Shown here: positions 28,222 through 36,833 of the stretch, in pieces
Layout: each line of letters starts with the position of its first letter
Position numbering within the stretch: the first letter of the stretch is position 1
Assembly (NCBI GenBank): GCA_025350365.1
Contig: JANXXY010000224.1
Location: forward strand, 1 to 43,764
Origin: Bacteroidales bacterium
GTDB lineage: Bacteria; Bacteroidota; Bacteroidia; Bacteroidales; JAAUTT01
DNA length: 43,764 bases
Direction of reading: 5' to 3'
Translations under genes and position numbers: made by a program
Notes under the pieces: generated by a model
What the model was told of the DNA's origin: nothing
The model's input: the letters and a program-made list of their open reading frames with translations, nothing else
The model's database searches: none

Positions 28222-30909
28222 ATGATAAGAATTAATCAAAGTATAAAATCAAGACTTCTTCTCTTTACAGGAACTATTGTTTTCCTTTTTGGACTGTTCT
28301 TTATTTTTTTATACAATGATTTTTTCTTCGCTCGCAGAACTATTGAATTCTATAACCGGATAAATATTCTAAATTCTGCACCCGGTCAATTGACTTTGCT
28401 TCATAACTCATTTGTTACGAACGAAATTATAAATGAACGGTATTATTTAACGGGGAAAAGCAAATTACTTGATAGTATATTTAGTACTTCAGAACTATAT
28501 CAAAAGCAACTTGATAGTTTAAATTACCTTCCATATTTTTCACCTCAAGTCGTTACCAGAACTCAAATCAAAGGACTCATTACTCAATGCAAAAAACTTA
28601 GTGATATTTATATTATTCTTAACCAACAAATTATTGGGCGTGGGTATTTGAAAACCGGTGAGGCCGGGGAAGTTGATAGGTTTATAAACTTTTTTATAGA
28701 ATTTGCTGTTGCTGAGAACAATCCAATTCTTATGAAATCTATTGTTGAAATCAATAGAATTCAATCCGCTTATCAATTGGGAAAAACTAACGATCACATT
28801 CAACTTCTTTTCGATAGGGTAGATGCTCTCAAAGTTCTTCTTTCCATAAATGATGTCAAACTTTGCAATGGAATGACAGAGATAAACCGCATGAGGCTTA
28901 TCAAGGAGTTAGAATCATTTGCGGCTCTTATTGGAGAATTACAAAAAACTGACATTAAAATTGGATTTTCTGGTGGTCAGGGAACGATAGGTGATGCCCA
29001 ACTCAAACTCGAAATAATAGGCGATAAATCGCAAAACATTTATAAGGAAATAAAAAATGAGGTCGGTCAGCAAATATTCATTCAGTTTATAATTAAAACA
29101 TCATTGTTAATTATTCTGTTATTATTTTATTTGTGGTTTCTACTTCGATTTTCAAGGACTGTAACATTTGCAATACAACAAATTAAAAATTTTGCTTCGG
29201 AACTGGTTCTGGGAAAATTGCCGAATCCTTTGGAACTTAGTGCATGTGATGAATTAATCTCCATATCAGAACTATCAAATAATTTTGCGAGTAGTTTACG
29301 CGAAAAGATTCATTTTGCGACTAATCTTGGCTCGGGGAAAACGAATGTGACCATGTTACCTCTTAGTGAGGAAGATACAATGGCTAATGCATTGTTAAAC
29401 ATGGAGAAAAGTCTTAAAAAAGCCGTTGAGGAAGATCAGAAATATAAAATTGAAGAGCAAAAACGTGCCTGGACCAATGAAGGACTTGCAAAATTCGGTG
29501 AAATCCTCAGAATGCAAACAGACAATTTGGCGACTTTGTCAGATTCCGTCATTGCTAATCTTGTTAAATACCTTAATGCCAATCAGGGAGGTATTTTTCT
29601 TTACAACAACGATGATAAATCAGACATACATCTGCAACTTATATCGGCATTTGCTTTTGATCGCAAAAAATACCTTACAAAACGAATTGAACTTGGCGAA
29701 GGGTTGATAGGCACTTGTGCCCTCGAAAGGCAAACCATTATAATTACTGATGTCCCAGAAGGATATATGGAAATCACCTCGGGTTTGGGAGAAGCTCCTC
29801 CCCGAAGTATTTTAATTGTTCCATTGCGATCCGAAGAAGTGATTTTTGGTGTTCTGGAAATTGCATCACTTAACTTTTTTCAGCCTCATGAAATAGATTT
29901 TGTTGAAAAAATTGCTCAAAGTACCGCTTCAACTTTTGATACTGTAAAAATTAATATCAACACGTCACGATTATTGGAACAGTCCAAAAAACAAGCTGAA
30001 GAAATGGCGCAACAGGAAGAAGAAATGCGTCAAAACCTTGAAGAATTGCAAGCTACACAGGAAGAATCGGAACGCCGTGAAGCAGAAATCAACAGTTTGT
30101 TAGTGGCCGTGGATGCTTCAGCTTTGGTTATCCAAACTGATATGGAAGGCCGGATAATGGAGGTTAATAAAAAGTTCTCTTTTATCGTAAAAAAACATCG
30201 CGACGAGCTAATTGGAACGTATTTGAGAAATATCTTCACTTTCAATGTCGAGATTGACGAATATTACAATTTATTGCTCGATTTGAAACAGGGTAAATTA
30301 ATCAATCGTAACGAAATATTGGATTTTGAGGATGGAAGTAAAGTTTACCTGGTTTTAAATTATTCTCCAATTCTTGATCGAGACGGGAAACCATATAAAG
30401 TTTTAGGAATTGCTACCAACATTACCGATAAAATAGTACTCGAAAATTCAATCTCCAAAAAAGATATCGAGTTAGGTGAAATGGAATTTCATCTCACTCA
30501 TTTTGATCAACTTATTGATTCAGGATTTATTAGAAGCGAATTATCCGCCGAGTGTATTCTGATGAAGGCAAATGATAACTTTACAGAGGTAACCGGTTAT
30601 ACATCAAAAGAATCCATTGGTAAAGATTATCGAAAGTTTTTAAAACCCGATGAATTAAAGCAATTTGAATTGATTTGGAACGAAGTTCTGAAAGATAAAC
30701 CATACAAAGCAGTTGTTAAAAGGACAATGCCGGCAGGCGATGAGCACTGGTTAATGGCCAGTTTCATACCTTTTAAAAACAAATCAGGAAAAATTACTAA
30801 AGTTATTCTGGTTGCGCAAGATATTACGGAAAAGAAATTAAAATACCAGGTTTTAGAAGAGGCTAATAAAGAGATTGAGCGACTCAAAGGAATGCAAAAT
30901 CAAAGCTGA
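28222..30909 (+). CDS. Membrane sensor: TM, periplasmic region, TM, HAMP-like, GAF, coiled coil, two PAS/PAC; no enzymatic output domain
   Basis: Two TM helices; GAF motifs GEGLIGTCALE and ILIVPL; QQEEEMRQNLEELQATQEE; PAS/PAC motifs DMEGRIMEVN, YSPILDRDG, ANDNF..VTGY, QDITEKK. Confidence 0.88.
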   Translation: MIRINQSIKSRLLLFTGTIVFLFGLFFIFLYNDFFFARRTIEFYNRINILNSAPGQLTLLHNSFVTNEIINERYYLTGKSKLLDSIFSTSELYQKQLDSLNYLPYFSPQVVTRTQIKGLITQCKKLSDIYIILNQQIIGRGYLKTGEAGEVDRFINFFIEFAVAENNPILMKSIVEINRIQSAYQLGKTNDHIQLLFDRVDALKVLLSINDVKLCNGMTEINRMRLIKELESFAALIGELQKTDIKIGFSGGQGTIGDAQLKLEIIGDKSQNIYKEIKNEVGQQIFIQFIIKTSLLIILLLFYLWFLLRFSRTVTFAIQQIKNFASELVLGKLPNPLELSACDELISISELSNNFASSLREKIHFATNLGSGKTNVTMLPLSEEDTMANALLNMEKSLKKAVEEDQKYKIEEQKRAWTNEGLAKFGEILRMQTDNLATLSDSVIANLVKYLNANQGGIFLYNNDDKSDIHLQLISAFAFDRKKYLTKRIELGEGLIGTCALERQTIIITDVPEGYMEITSGLGEAPPRSILIVPLRSEEVIFGVLEIASLNFFQPHEIDFVEKIAQSTASTFDTVKININTSRLLEQSKKQAEEMAQQEEEMRQNLEELQATQEESERREAEINSLLVAVDASALVIQTDMEGRIMEVNKKFSFIVKKHRDELIGTYLRNIFTFNVEIDEYYNLLLDLKQGKLINRNEILDFEDGSKVYLVLNYSPILDRDGKPYKVLGIATNITDKIVLENSISKKDIELGEMEFHLTHFDQLIDSGFIRSELSAECILMKANDNFTEVTGYTSKESIGKDYRKFLKPDELKQFELIWNEVLKDKPYKAVVKRTMPAGDEHWLMASFIPFKNKSGKITKVILVAQDITEKKLKYQVLEEANKEIERLKGMQNQS

Positions 30910-30920
30910 ACAAAATTGAT

Positions 30921-31745
30921 ATGCTGGAATTAGGAATAGTTGAGACAAGGAATATTATTAAAACTATATTAGAAAAGTACAATTACGACTTTTCTGATTA
31001 TTCTTTGACGTCATTCAAACGCCGGCTTGAGAAGATAGTAGATCAGCAAAACCTGAAAAATGTCGATCAGCTGATAATAAAATTGCGAGACAATAATAGT
31101 TATTTTGAACAATTTCTTAATGAATTGGCAACACCATCAACAGAAATGTTTCGTGATCCTTCATTGTGGCGTATTTTAAGGGATGAACTATTGCCTTCAT
31201 TAATAAGCGATTTGGGGTCAAATCTAAAAATATGGCTTCCAAATTCAGTTTCTGGCGACGAACTTTTTTCACTGGTAATTACACTACATGAATTGAATCA
31301 GCTTAATAAAGTTCAAATATATGTTTCCTCTTTAAGTACCGTGTCTCTTGATACTATTAGATCAGGCTTGTTGCTTGCCAGTAAACTTGATTTAAGTGCT
31401 GATAATTATATTCGTGCCAATGGAACTGAGGTTTTCCCGAATTATTATAAAATGGAAAACAATGCCATATATAGAGATACTTCATTAATAAAGAACGTTA
31501 TTTTTTCACGGCAAAACTTGAGTTTGGACCCTCCGGTTCAAGGGATTAAACTTGTTTTGTTCCGAAATAAAATGGTATACTACAATCAAACTCTTCAAAG
31601 TAAGGTTTTAAGACAATTGTTTAGTTCTTTGGTACCAAATGGATACTTAATTGTAGGTGCCAAGGAATCGATAAATACCCTCTATGGGAACAACGAATTT
31701 TCATTAATCAATAATTCTGAAAGTATCTATAAGCGCAAACCATGA
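30921..31745 (+). CDS. cheR: CheR-like protein with degenerate SAM-binding motifs
   Basis: YDFSDYS..SFKRR and TEMFRDP retained; IWLPNSVSGDE, SSLS and LVLFRNKMVYY replace the canonical motifs. Confidence 0.85.
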   Translation: MLELGIVETRNIIKTILEKYNYDFSDYSLTSFKRRLEKIVDQQNLKNVDQLIIKLRDNNSYFEQFLNELATPSTEMFRDPSLWRILRDELLPSLISDLGSNLKIWLPNSVSGDELFSLVITLHELNQLNKVQIYVSSLSTVSLDTIRSGLLLASKLDLSADNYIRANGTEVFPNYYKMENNAIYRDTSLIKNVIFSRQNLSLDPPVQGIKLVLFRNKMVYYNQTLQSKVLRQLFSSLVPNGYLIVGAKESINTLYGNNEFSLINNSESIYKRKP

Positions 31746-32299
31746 TTTATAAAGCAATTATGATAGGCGGATCGGCCGGAAGTTTTCAGGTAGTAACGAA
31801 AATATTAAGTGCTTTGCCAAAGACACTGAATATGCCTCTGTTTTTATGTCTTCATCGGCTAAAGCATGTTCGGTCCGGTTTTCTTGAAGCTTTGTCACTG
31901 AAATCAAATCTTCCGGTTATAGAACCTGACGACAAAGAACAAATTAAACCTGGAAGGGCTTACCTTGCACCTGCAAACTATCATATGTATATTGAACTTG
32001 GAAATAGAATTGCATTGTCTACGGAGGAGCCTGTAAACCATTCGCGGCCATCCATCGATCTTTCGTTTGTTACTGCAGCGCATGCTTACCGCGAAAAACT
32101 CATTGGGATTATTCTGTCTGGCGCTAATAGCGACGGAGCTTACGGGCTAAAAAAAGTGAAAGACTTAAATGGCTTTACAATTGTTCAGGATCCTAATGAA
32201 TGCCAGGTTCGAACGATGACTGAAGCGGCCATGAAAAGCACAAACGTAGATCAGGTTTTATCGACTGACCAGATTATTAAATTTTTACTAAAATTATAA
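31742..32299 (+). CDS. cheB: CheB-type methylesterase, catalytic domain only
   Basis: GGSAG (Ser), CLHR (His), YLAPANYH, SRPSID, LSGANSDG (Asp); 185 aa, no receiver domain. Confidence 0.95.
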   Translation: MIYKAIMIGGSAGSFQVVTKILSALPKTLNMPLFLCLHRLKHVRSGFLEALSLKSNLPVIEPDDKEQIKPGRAYLAPANYHMYIELGNRIALSTEEPVNHSRPSIDLSFVTAAHAYREKLIGIILSGANSDGAYGLKKVKDLNGFTIVQDPNECQVRTMTEAAMKSTNVDQVLSTDQIIKFLLKL

Positions 32300-32312
32300 A
32301 AGAAATAGTTCT

Positions 32313-33077
32313 ATGAAAATGAACCTTTCTTATAAATATCTTAACCTGATTATTTTTCTGCTTATAGTGGCGGTAGTATTCGCTCTTTTTGGTGTGATTA
32401 ATAATATATCCAATGATAATTCAGATAAAATTACATTTGCGTACATTCTGCTTTTTGCAATTCTTTTTCTCATTGTTGTCTGGTTTTTAGTTACATTAAA
32501 AATAGGAAGAATATCCAATGACATTTCGTTGTCCGATAACGCTGATCATGAAATTTTAAATAACACGAGTAATTTCATGTCTAACGACAAAGAGGAAATT
32601 CGTGCAAATAAAAATGAAATTGATGTTTCCCGGATAATTCCAGATAATTGCAAGTCGGTCGAAGAGTTTTCAGAGCATATCCTTCAGAATTTAGCTCAGG
32701 AATTTAATATCGTTCAAGCTTTAATGTATTTGAAAACAGCCGATACCGACAATTACGAATCAATTGCTCAGTATGCTTATTTTTCTGAATCAAAGCCACA
32801 AGCCTTTAAGGCCGGCGAAACATTGCCCGGTCAGGCAATTAAAAACAGAACTATTGTTATGTTAACCGATGTACCTGAAAACTATTTGACCATTGCTTCA
32901 GGATTAGGAAAAAGTGGCATCAAATATTTGGTATTTGTGCCGCTGATTCACAATGATGATGTTGTTGGATTGATCGAATATGCAACTTTTACCCAGATAA
33001 ATGAAGATATAATCAAAATGCTGGGCAATATTGCAGATTTGGTTGCTGAAACTATTGTTAAACTCATAAAAAAGTAA
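32313..33077 (+). CDS. Two-TM membrane protein with a single GAF domain
   Basis: Two TM helices; GETLPGQA, VPENYLTIASGLG and LVFVPL...VVGLIE align with the neighbouring GAF domains. Confidence 0.85.
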   Translation: MKMNLSYKYLNLIIFLLIVAVVFALFGVINNISNDNSDKITFAYILLFAILFLIVVWFLVTLKIGRISNDISLSDNADHEILNNTSNFMSNDKEEIRANKNEIDVSRIIPDNCKSVEEFSEHILQNLAQEFNIVQALMYLKTADTDNYESIAQYAYFSESKPQAFKAGETLPGQAIKNRTIVMLTDVPENYLTIASGLGKSGIKYLVFVPLIHNDDVVGLIEYATFTQINEDIIKMLGNIADLVAETIVKLIKK

Positions 33078-33086
33078 AACAAACAT

Positions 33087-35702
33087 ATGCCGGTAAAGGT
33101 GAACTATATCCTTGATAACGCAAAAGCTCGGGCTGTAATAATCGGAGTGGCAGTGAGCATTGTTGTTCCTGTTATTGCATGGATGATGGATATCATTGTG
33201 GCCGGCCGGATGCTGAGCTTAACAACTCTATTGCAAATACATATCAATCATCCGAGTCTGTTTTTTGTTGATTTAATACCAATTGCTTCCGGAATAATTA
33301 TCTATTTTATAATAAGTATTCGGGAAAAGGATAAGGACTTCTACGAGGGAAAAATCATTAAAAGAGATCACCGCATTAATAAAAACGCCTCATTCGCAAA
33401 ACAAATAGGTGAAGGAGATTATACCAGCCCGTTTGAACCATCGGGTAGTGACGATGCATTAGGCGAATCGTTGCTTTTAATGCGCGATAACCTGATTTTA
33501 AATACCCGCAAAGAAGCTGAACAGAGCTGGATTGCTGCAGGAAAGGAACAAATTTCGAATGTGCTTCGAATTCATAACAAAATTGACGTTCTGGCAAATG
33601 AGACATTGGTTTCACTTACAAAATATATCAATGCCGTTCAGGGCGCATTCTATTTGTTTGAATCGGATAGACAGGTGCTTATAAATATTGCCACTTATGC
33701 TTTTAACCGTAAAAAATTTGTAAATCAGGAGTTTCAGGTAGGTGAGGGGCTGATAGGTGAGTGTGCCTATGAAATGGATCTTATTTATCGTACCGAAATA
33801 CCTGAAGATTATGTTACTATCACCTCGGGTATTTTAGGTGACAAGCGGCCAAAAACAATTCTAATTGTGCCCTTGGTATCAGACGAAAACCTGCAAGGTG
33901 TTATAGAATTTGCGTTTTTACTCGATGAGCTTCCTGCTCTAACGCTTCATTTTATGAAGGAGTTAGGAGAAATTATTGCTCGCACAATTTTTAACCTTCG
34001 TGTAAACGAAAAAACCGAACGTTTGCTTGAGGAGTCGCGCCAAATGACGGGTGAACTTATGGAGAACGAAGAACAACTGCGGCAAAGTGCGGAAGAAATG
34101 CGTGCTACTCAGGAAGAACTACAACGCTCCAACGAAAAACTCGAAGGCCAAATTAACGAAGTCGAAAATGCCCAAAAACGTCTTCATTCGCTTCTCCAAA
34201 ATGCATCCGAAATTATTTTTATTTACGATGAAAGTTTAAATCTGGCATATATTAGTCCTTCAGTTTCCGGCATTTTGGGATTTACACCCGATGAGATGAT
34301 GAAAGGTAAGGATTTTGACCGTCTTACCCGCAAGGGTGAAGTTGAACTCCGGTCCATGTTTAGCCGCTTGCTTGAAAGGCCGGCCGAACCTATTACAATC
34401 CAGTACACTTACATGAAAAAGGATGGACAAAAAATTTTCCTCGAAACTACGGGAAGAAACCTTTTGGCCGACCCTGCACTTCATGGAATCATCCTAAATT
34501 CGCAGGATATAACCGAACGAAAACGAGCAGAAAAAGAAGAGCGGATGAAAAGCAAAATGCAATCCCTCTCTGAGAACTCTCTCGATTTGATTATACGATT
34601 AAATATGCATGGTATGTTTTTCTATGCCAATCCGGTAGTTGAAGATTATATTGGCATAAAAAGTTCTGAAATTTTGAATAAAACTATTCAGGATACTGAG
34701 ATGCCGCCAAATTTGCTTTCCTATTTTCAAACAACCCTCATAGAAGTTAAAGCCTCCCCGCAAAAACGGAATAATCAGATTTCCATTTCAATTCAACTTG
34801 GCGAAAAGATGGCAGAAAGAATCATTAGTCTTGATGCCATACCGGAATTTAATGAAAATGAGCTGGAAACTATATTATTTGTTGGTCATGATATAACTGA
34901 GGCTAAACGTATTGAATTAGAAATTGCCGATAAAAATAGGAAGATCGAGGATAGCATCAACTATGCTCAGCGCATCCAGTCCGCCATTCTTCCCGATAAT
35001 GCATTTATTCGCGATTACCTGCCAAAATCGTTTATTTTTTACAAACCACGCGATGTTGTCAGCGGAGATTTTCCATGGTTCTTTAAACGCGATGATACTT
35101 TATATATTGCAGTAGTGGATTGCACAGGTCACGGTGTGCCCGGCGCGTTGCTTTCATTTGTTGGTTATTTTATTCTTAATAATGTAGTTGACCATGAACG
35201 GGATTATACCGCTGCCGAAGTTTGCGATCTGTTACATAATGGAGTACGTCAAACACTTAAGCAAAATCGCGAAGATGCTCAAGGTCGTGACGGCATGGAT
35301 ATCGCCCTGGTGAAATATAACCCGAAGAAAAACGAAATACATTATGCCGGCGCTCATCGCCCTCTATATTTCTTACGTAATGGTGAATTGACCGAATATA
35401 AGGGTGACAGAAAAGCTATCGGTGGTATCCCTTTGGGGAGTAAACCTGAAAAGAACTTCACTAATTATGTTATTCCCGTGGAAACTGGTGATAAAGTGTT
35501 TTTCTTCTCCGATGGTTTAACTGATCAACTGGGAGGTACCGAATTTAAAAAGTTTTCACCGGCACGCGTGCGGGATATGATCTCACAAAATTCAAATAAT
35601 ACAATGGAAGACTATCATCAATTATTTGATAAAGATTTTTTTGCATGGAAGGGTAACGAAAAGCAAATAGATGATGTTTTATTAATCGGAATAGAATTTT
35701 AA
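33087..35702 (+). CDS. Membrane GAF-coiled coil-PAS-PAS-PP2C (SpoIIE/RsbU-type) phosphatase, SiaA analogue
   Basis: SINYAQRIQSAILP, VSGDF, VVDCTGHGVPGA, FSDGLTDQ, QIDDVLLIG; GAF and PAS motifs upstream. Confidence 0.93.
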   Translation: MPVKVNYILDNAKARAVIIGVAVSIVVPVIAWMMDIIVAGRMLSLTTLLQIHINHPSLFFVDLIPIASGIIIYFIISIREKDKDFYEGKIIKRDHRINKNASFAKQIGEGDYTSPFEPSGSDDALGESLLLMRDNLILNTRKEAEQSWIAAGKEQISNVLRIHNKIDVLANETLVSLTKYINAVQGAFYLFESDRQVLINIATYAFNRKKFVNQEFQVGEGLIGECAYEMDLIYRTEIPEDYVTITSGILGDKRPKTILIVPLVSDENLQGVIEFAFLLDELPALTLHFMKELGEIIARTIFNLRVNEKTERLLEESRQMTGELMENEEQLRQSAEEMRATQEELQRSNEKLEGQINEVENAQKRLHSLLQNASEIIFIYDESLNLAYISPSVSGILGFTPDEMMKGKDFDRLTRKGEVELRSMFSRLLERPAEPITIQYTYMKKDGQKIFLETTGRNLLADPALHGIILNSQDITERKRAEKEERMKSKMQSLSENSLDLIIRLNMHGMFFYANPVVEDYIGIKSSEILNKTIQDTEMPPNLLSYFQTTLIEVKASPQKRNNQISISIQLGEKMAERIISLDAIPEFNENELETILFVGHDITEAKRIELEIADKNRKIEDSINYAQRIQSAILPDNAFIRDYLPKSFIFYKPRDVVSGDFPWFFKRDDTLYIAVVDCTGHGVPGALLSFVGYFILNNVVDHERDYTAAEVCDLLHNGVRQTLKQNREDAQGRDGMDIALVKYNPKKNEIHYAGAHRPLYFLRNGELTEYKGDRKAIGGIPLGSKPEKNFTNYVIPVETGDKVFFFSDGLTDQLGGTEFKKFSPARVRDMISQNSNNTMEDYHQLFDKDFFAWKGNEKQIDDVLLIGIEF

Positions 35703-35732
35703 TTTTACTCTTAAACTAATACTTTAACTGAT

Positions 35733-36317
35733 ATGGGCACAAATGAAAAGAAGGATGTAAGAGGATTCCTCGAATTTGTATATGAGTTTTATAAATCAAT
35801 GAAGGAACATGAGATTACGCTGGTATACGAGGGTGAAATAACACACCAAATAACAAAAGCCTTCACTTCTCTTACCGAATCTAATATGGCAAAAGAAGAA
35901 GAGTCTAATTTAGTTCAAAAAAAGGTTTTTCATGTGATGGTTGAATGTTTACAAAATATCAGCAAACACGCCGATGATTATGGCGCTAACGATTATTTGT
36001 TTTCCGGAAGAGGCATATTTTTAGTTTCGAAAGGGAAAGATGAGTATTCCGTTACTACAGGCAACGCAATTGACCACACCCGTATGCCGGAATTGAAACG
36101 TATGCTTGAACAAGTAAATAGTCTGGATAAAGAAGAACTTACCGAACTTTACAAGAAACAGATTAAGGAAGGCAGATTGTCCGATAAGGGAGGTGCCGGA
36201 TTAGGCTTTATTGATATTAAGCGGAAAACCGGGCGTAATCTTGAGTATCACTTTTTGCCTATAAACGATGTCTCATCGTTCTTTTTATTAACATCAACTA
36301 TTTCACGAAATGCTTAA
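35733..36317 (+). CDS. siaB: SiaB-family (DUF6272) GHKL protein kinase
   Basis: LVYEG, KKVFHVMVECLQNISKH, TGN, GGAGLGFIDI.RK; adjacent to a SiaC-like gene. Confidence 0.87.
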   Translation: MGTNEKKDVRGFLEFVYEFYKSMKEHEITLVYEGEITHQITKAFTSLTESNMAKEEESNLVQKKVFHVMVECLQNISKHADDYGANDYLFSGRGIFLVSKGKDEYSVTTGNAIDHTRMPELKRMLEQVNSLDKEELTELYKKQIKEGRLSDKGGAGLGFIDIKRKTGRNLEYHFLPINDVSSFFLLTSTISRNA

Positions 36318-36341
36318 TGCTTAAATAATAATATTGAAGCT

Positions 36342-36719
36342 ATGGAAGTTTTCAAAATTTTGGGTACTGACGATACCCCTGGTGTAACGCTGGATGCGGC
36401 TAACGACATATTTGAAATTTCAGGTCGGTCGCTACCGGAGGATGTAAATGCATTTTACAAACCTATTATTGATTGGATGGATAAGTACAACTTGGCTCCA
36501 AAAGCAAAAACCATCTTTTATTTCAGATTGGTTTATTTTAATACTGCTTCGTCAAAGATGTTACTCGATGTTCTTATGAAATTGGAGGAACTCTATAAAT
36601 CAGGGAATGATGTTGTTGTTCGGTGGCAATATCCTGATGATGACGAAGATATGAAAGAGGCTGGCGAGGAATATGCTGACATTGTTGACGTTCCATTCGA
36701 GCAAATTGAAATATCCTGA
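36342..36719 (+). CDS. siaC: SiaC-family (DUF1987) phosphoprotein
   Basis: TP.V, ISGRSLPED...FY.PI..W, YFNTASSK (Thr68), W.Y..DDEDM.EAGEEY. Confidence 0.9.
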   Translation: MEVFKILGTDDTPGVTLDAANDIFEISGRSLPEDVNAFYKPIIDWMDKYNLAPKAKTIFYFRLVYFNTASSKMLLDVLMKLEELYKSGNDVVVRWQYPDDDEDMKEAGEEYADIVDVPFEQIEIS

Positions 36720-36833
36720 TTTGTATCCTGTGGGCACTTCAATTGGCCTATACCAACGAAAACTGTATAATCATAATCAATCAAATGTGCCAGAGCCCCG
36801 ATATATATGGCTTTTCATCAGTAATATAATTTT

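Noticed and set aside
27236-32299. Canonical chemotaxis operon
   Set aside because: No CheA, CheW, CheY or MCP hairpin-tip signature in the window.
36720-36833. Riboswitch or ncRNA between siaC and the ABC gene
   Set aside because: Only a 5 bp GGCAC/GTGCC pairing is visible and no known motif; an Rfam scan would be needed.
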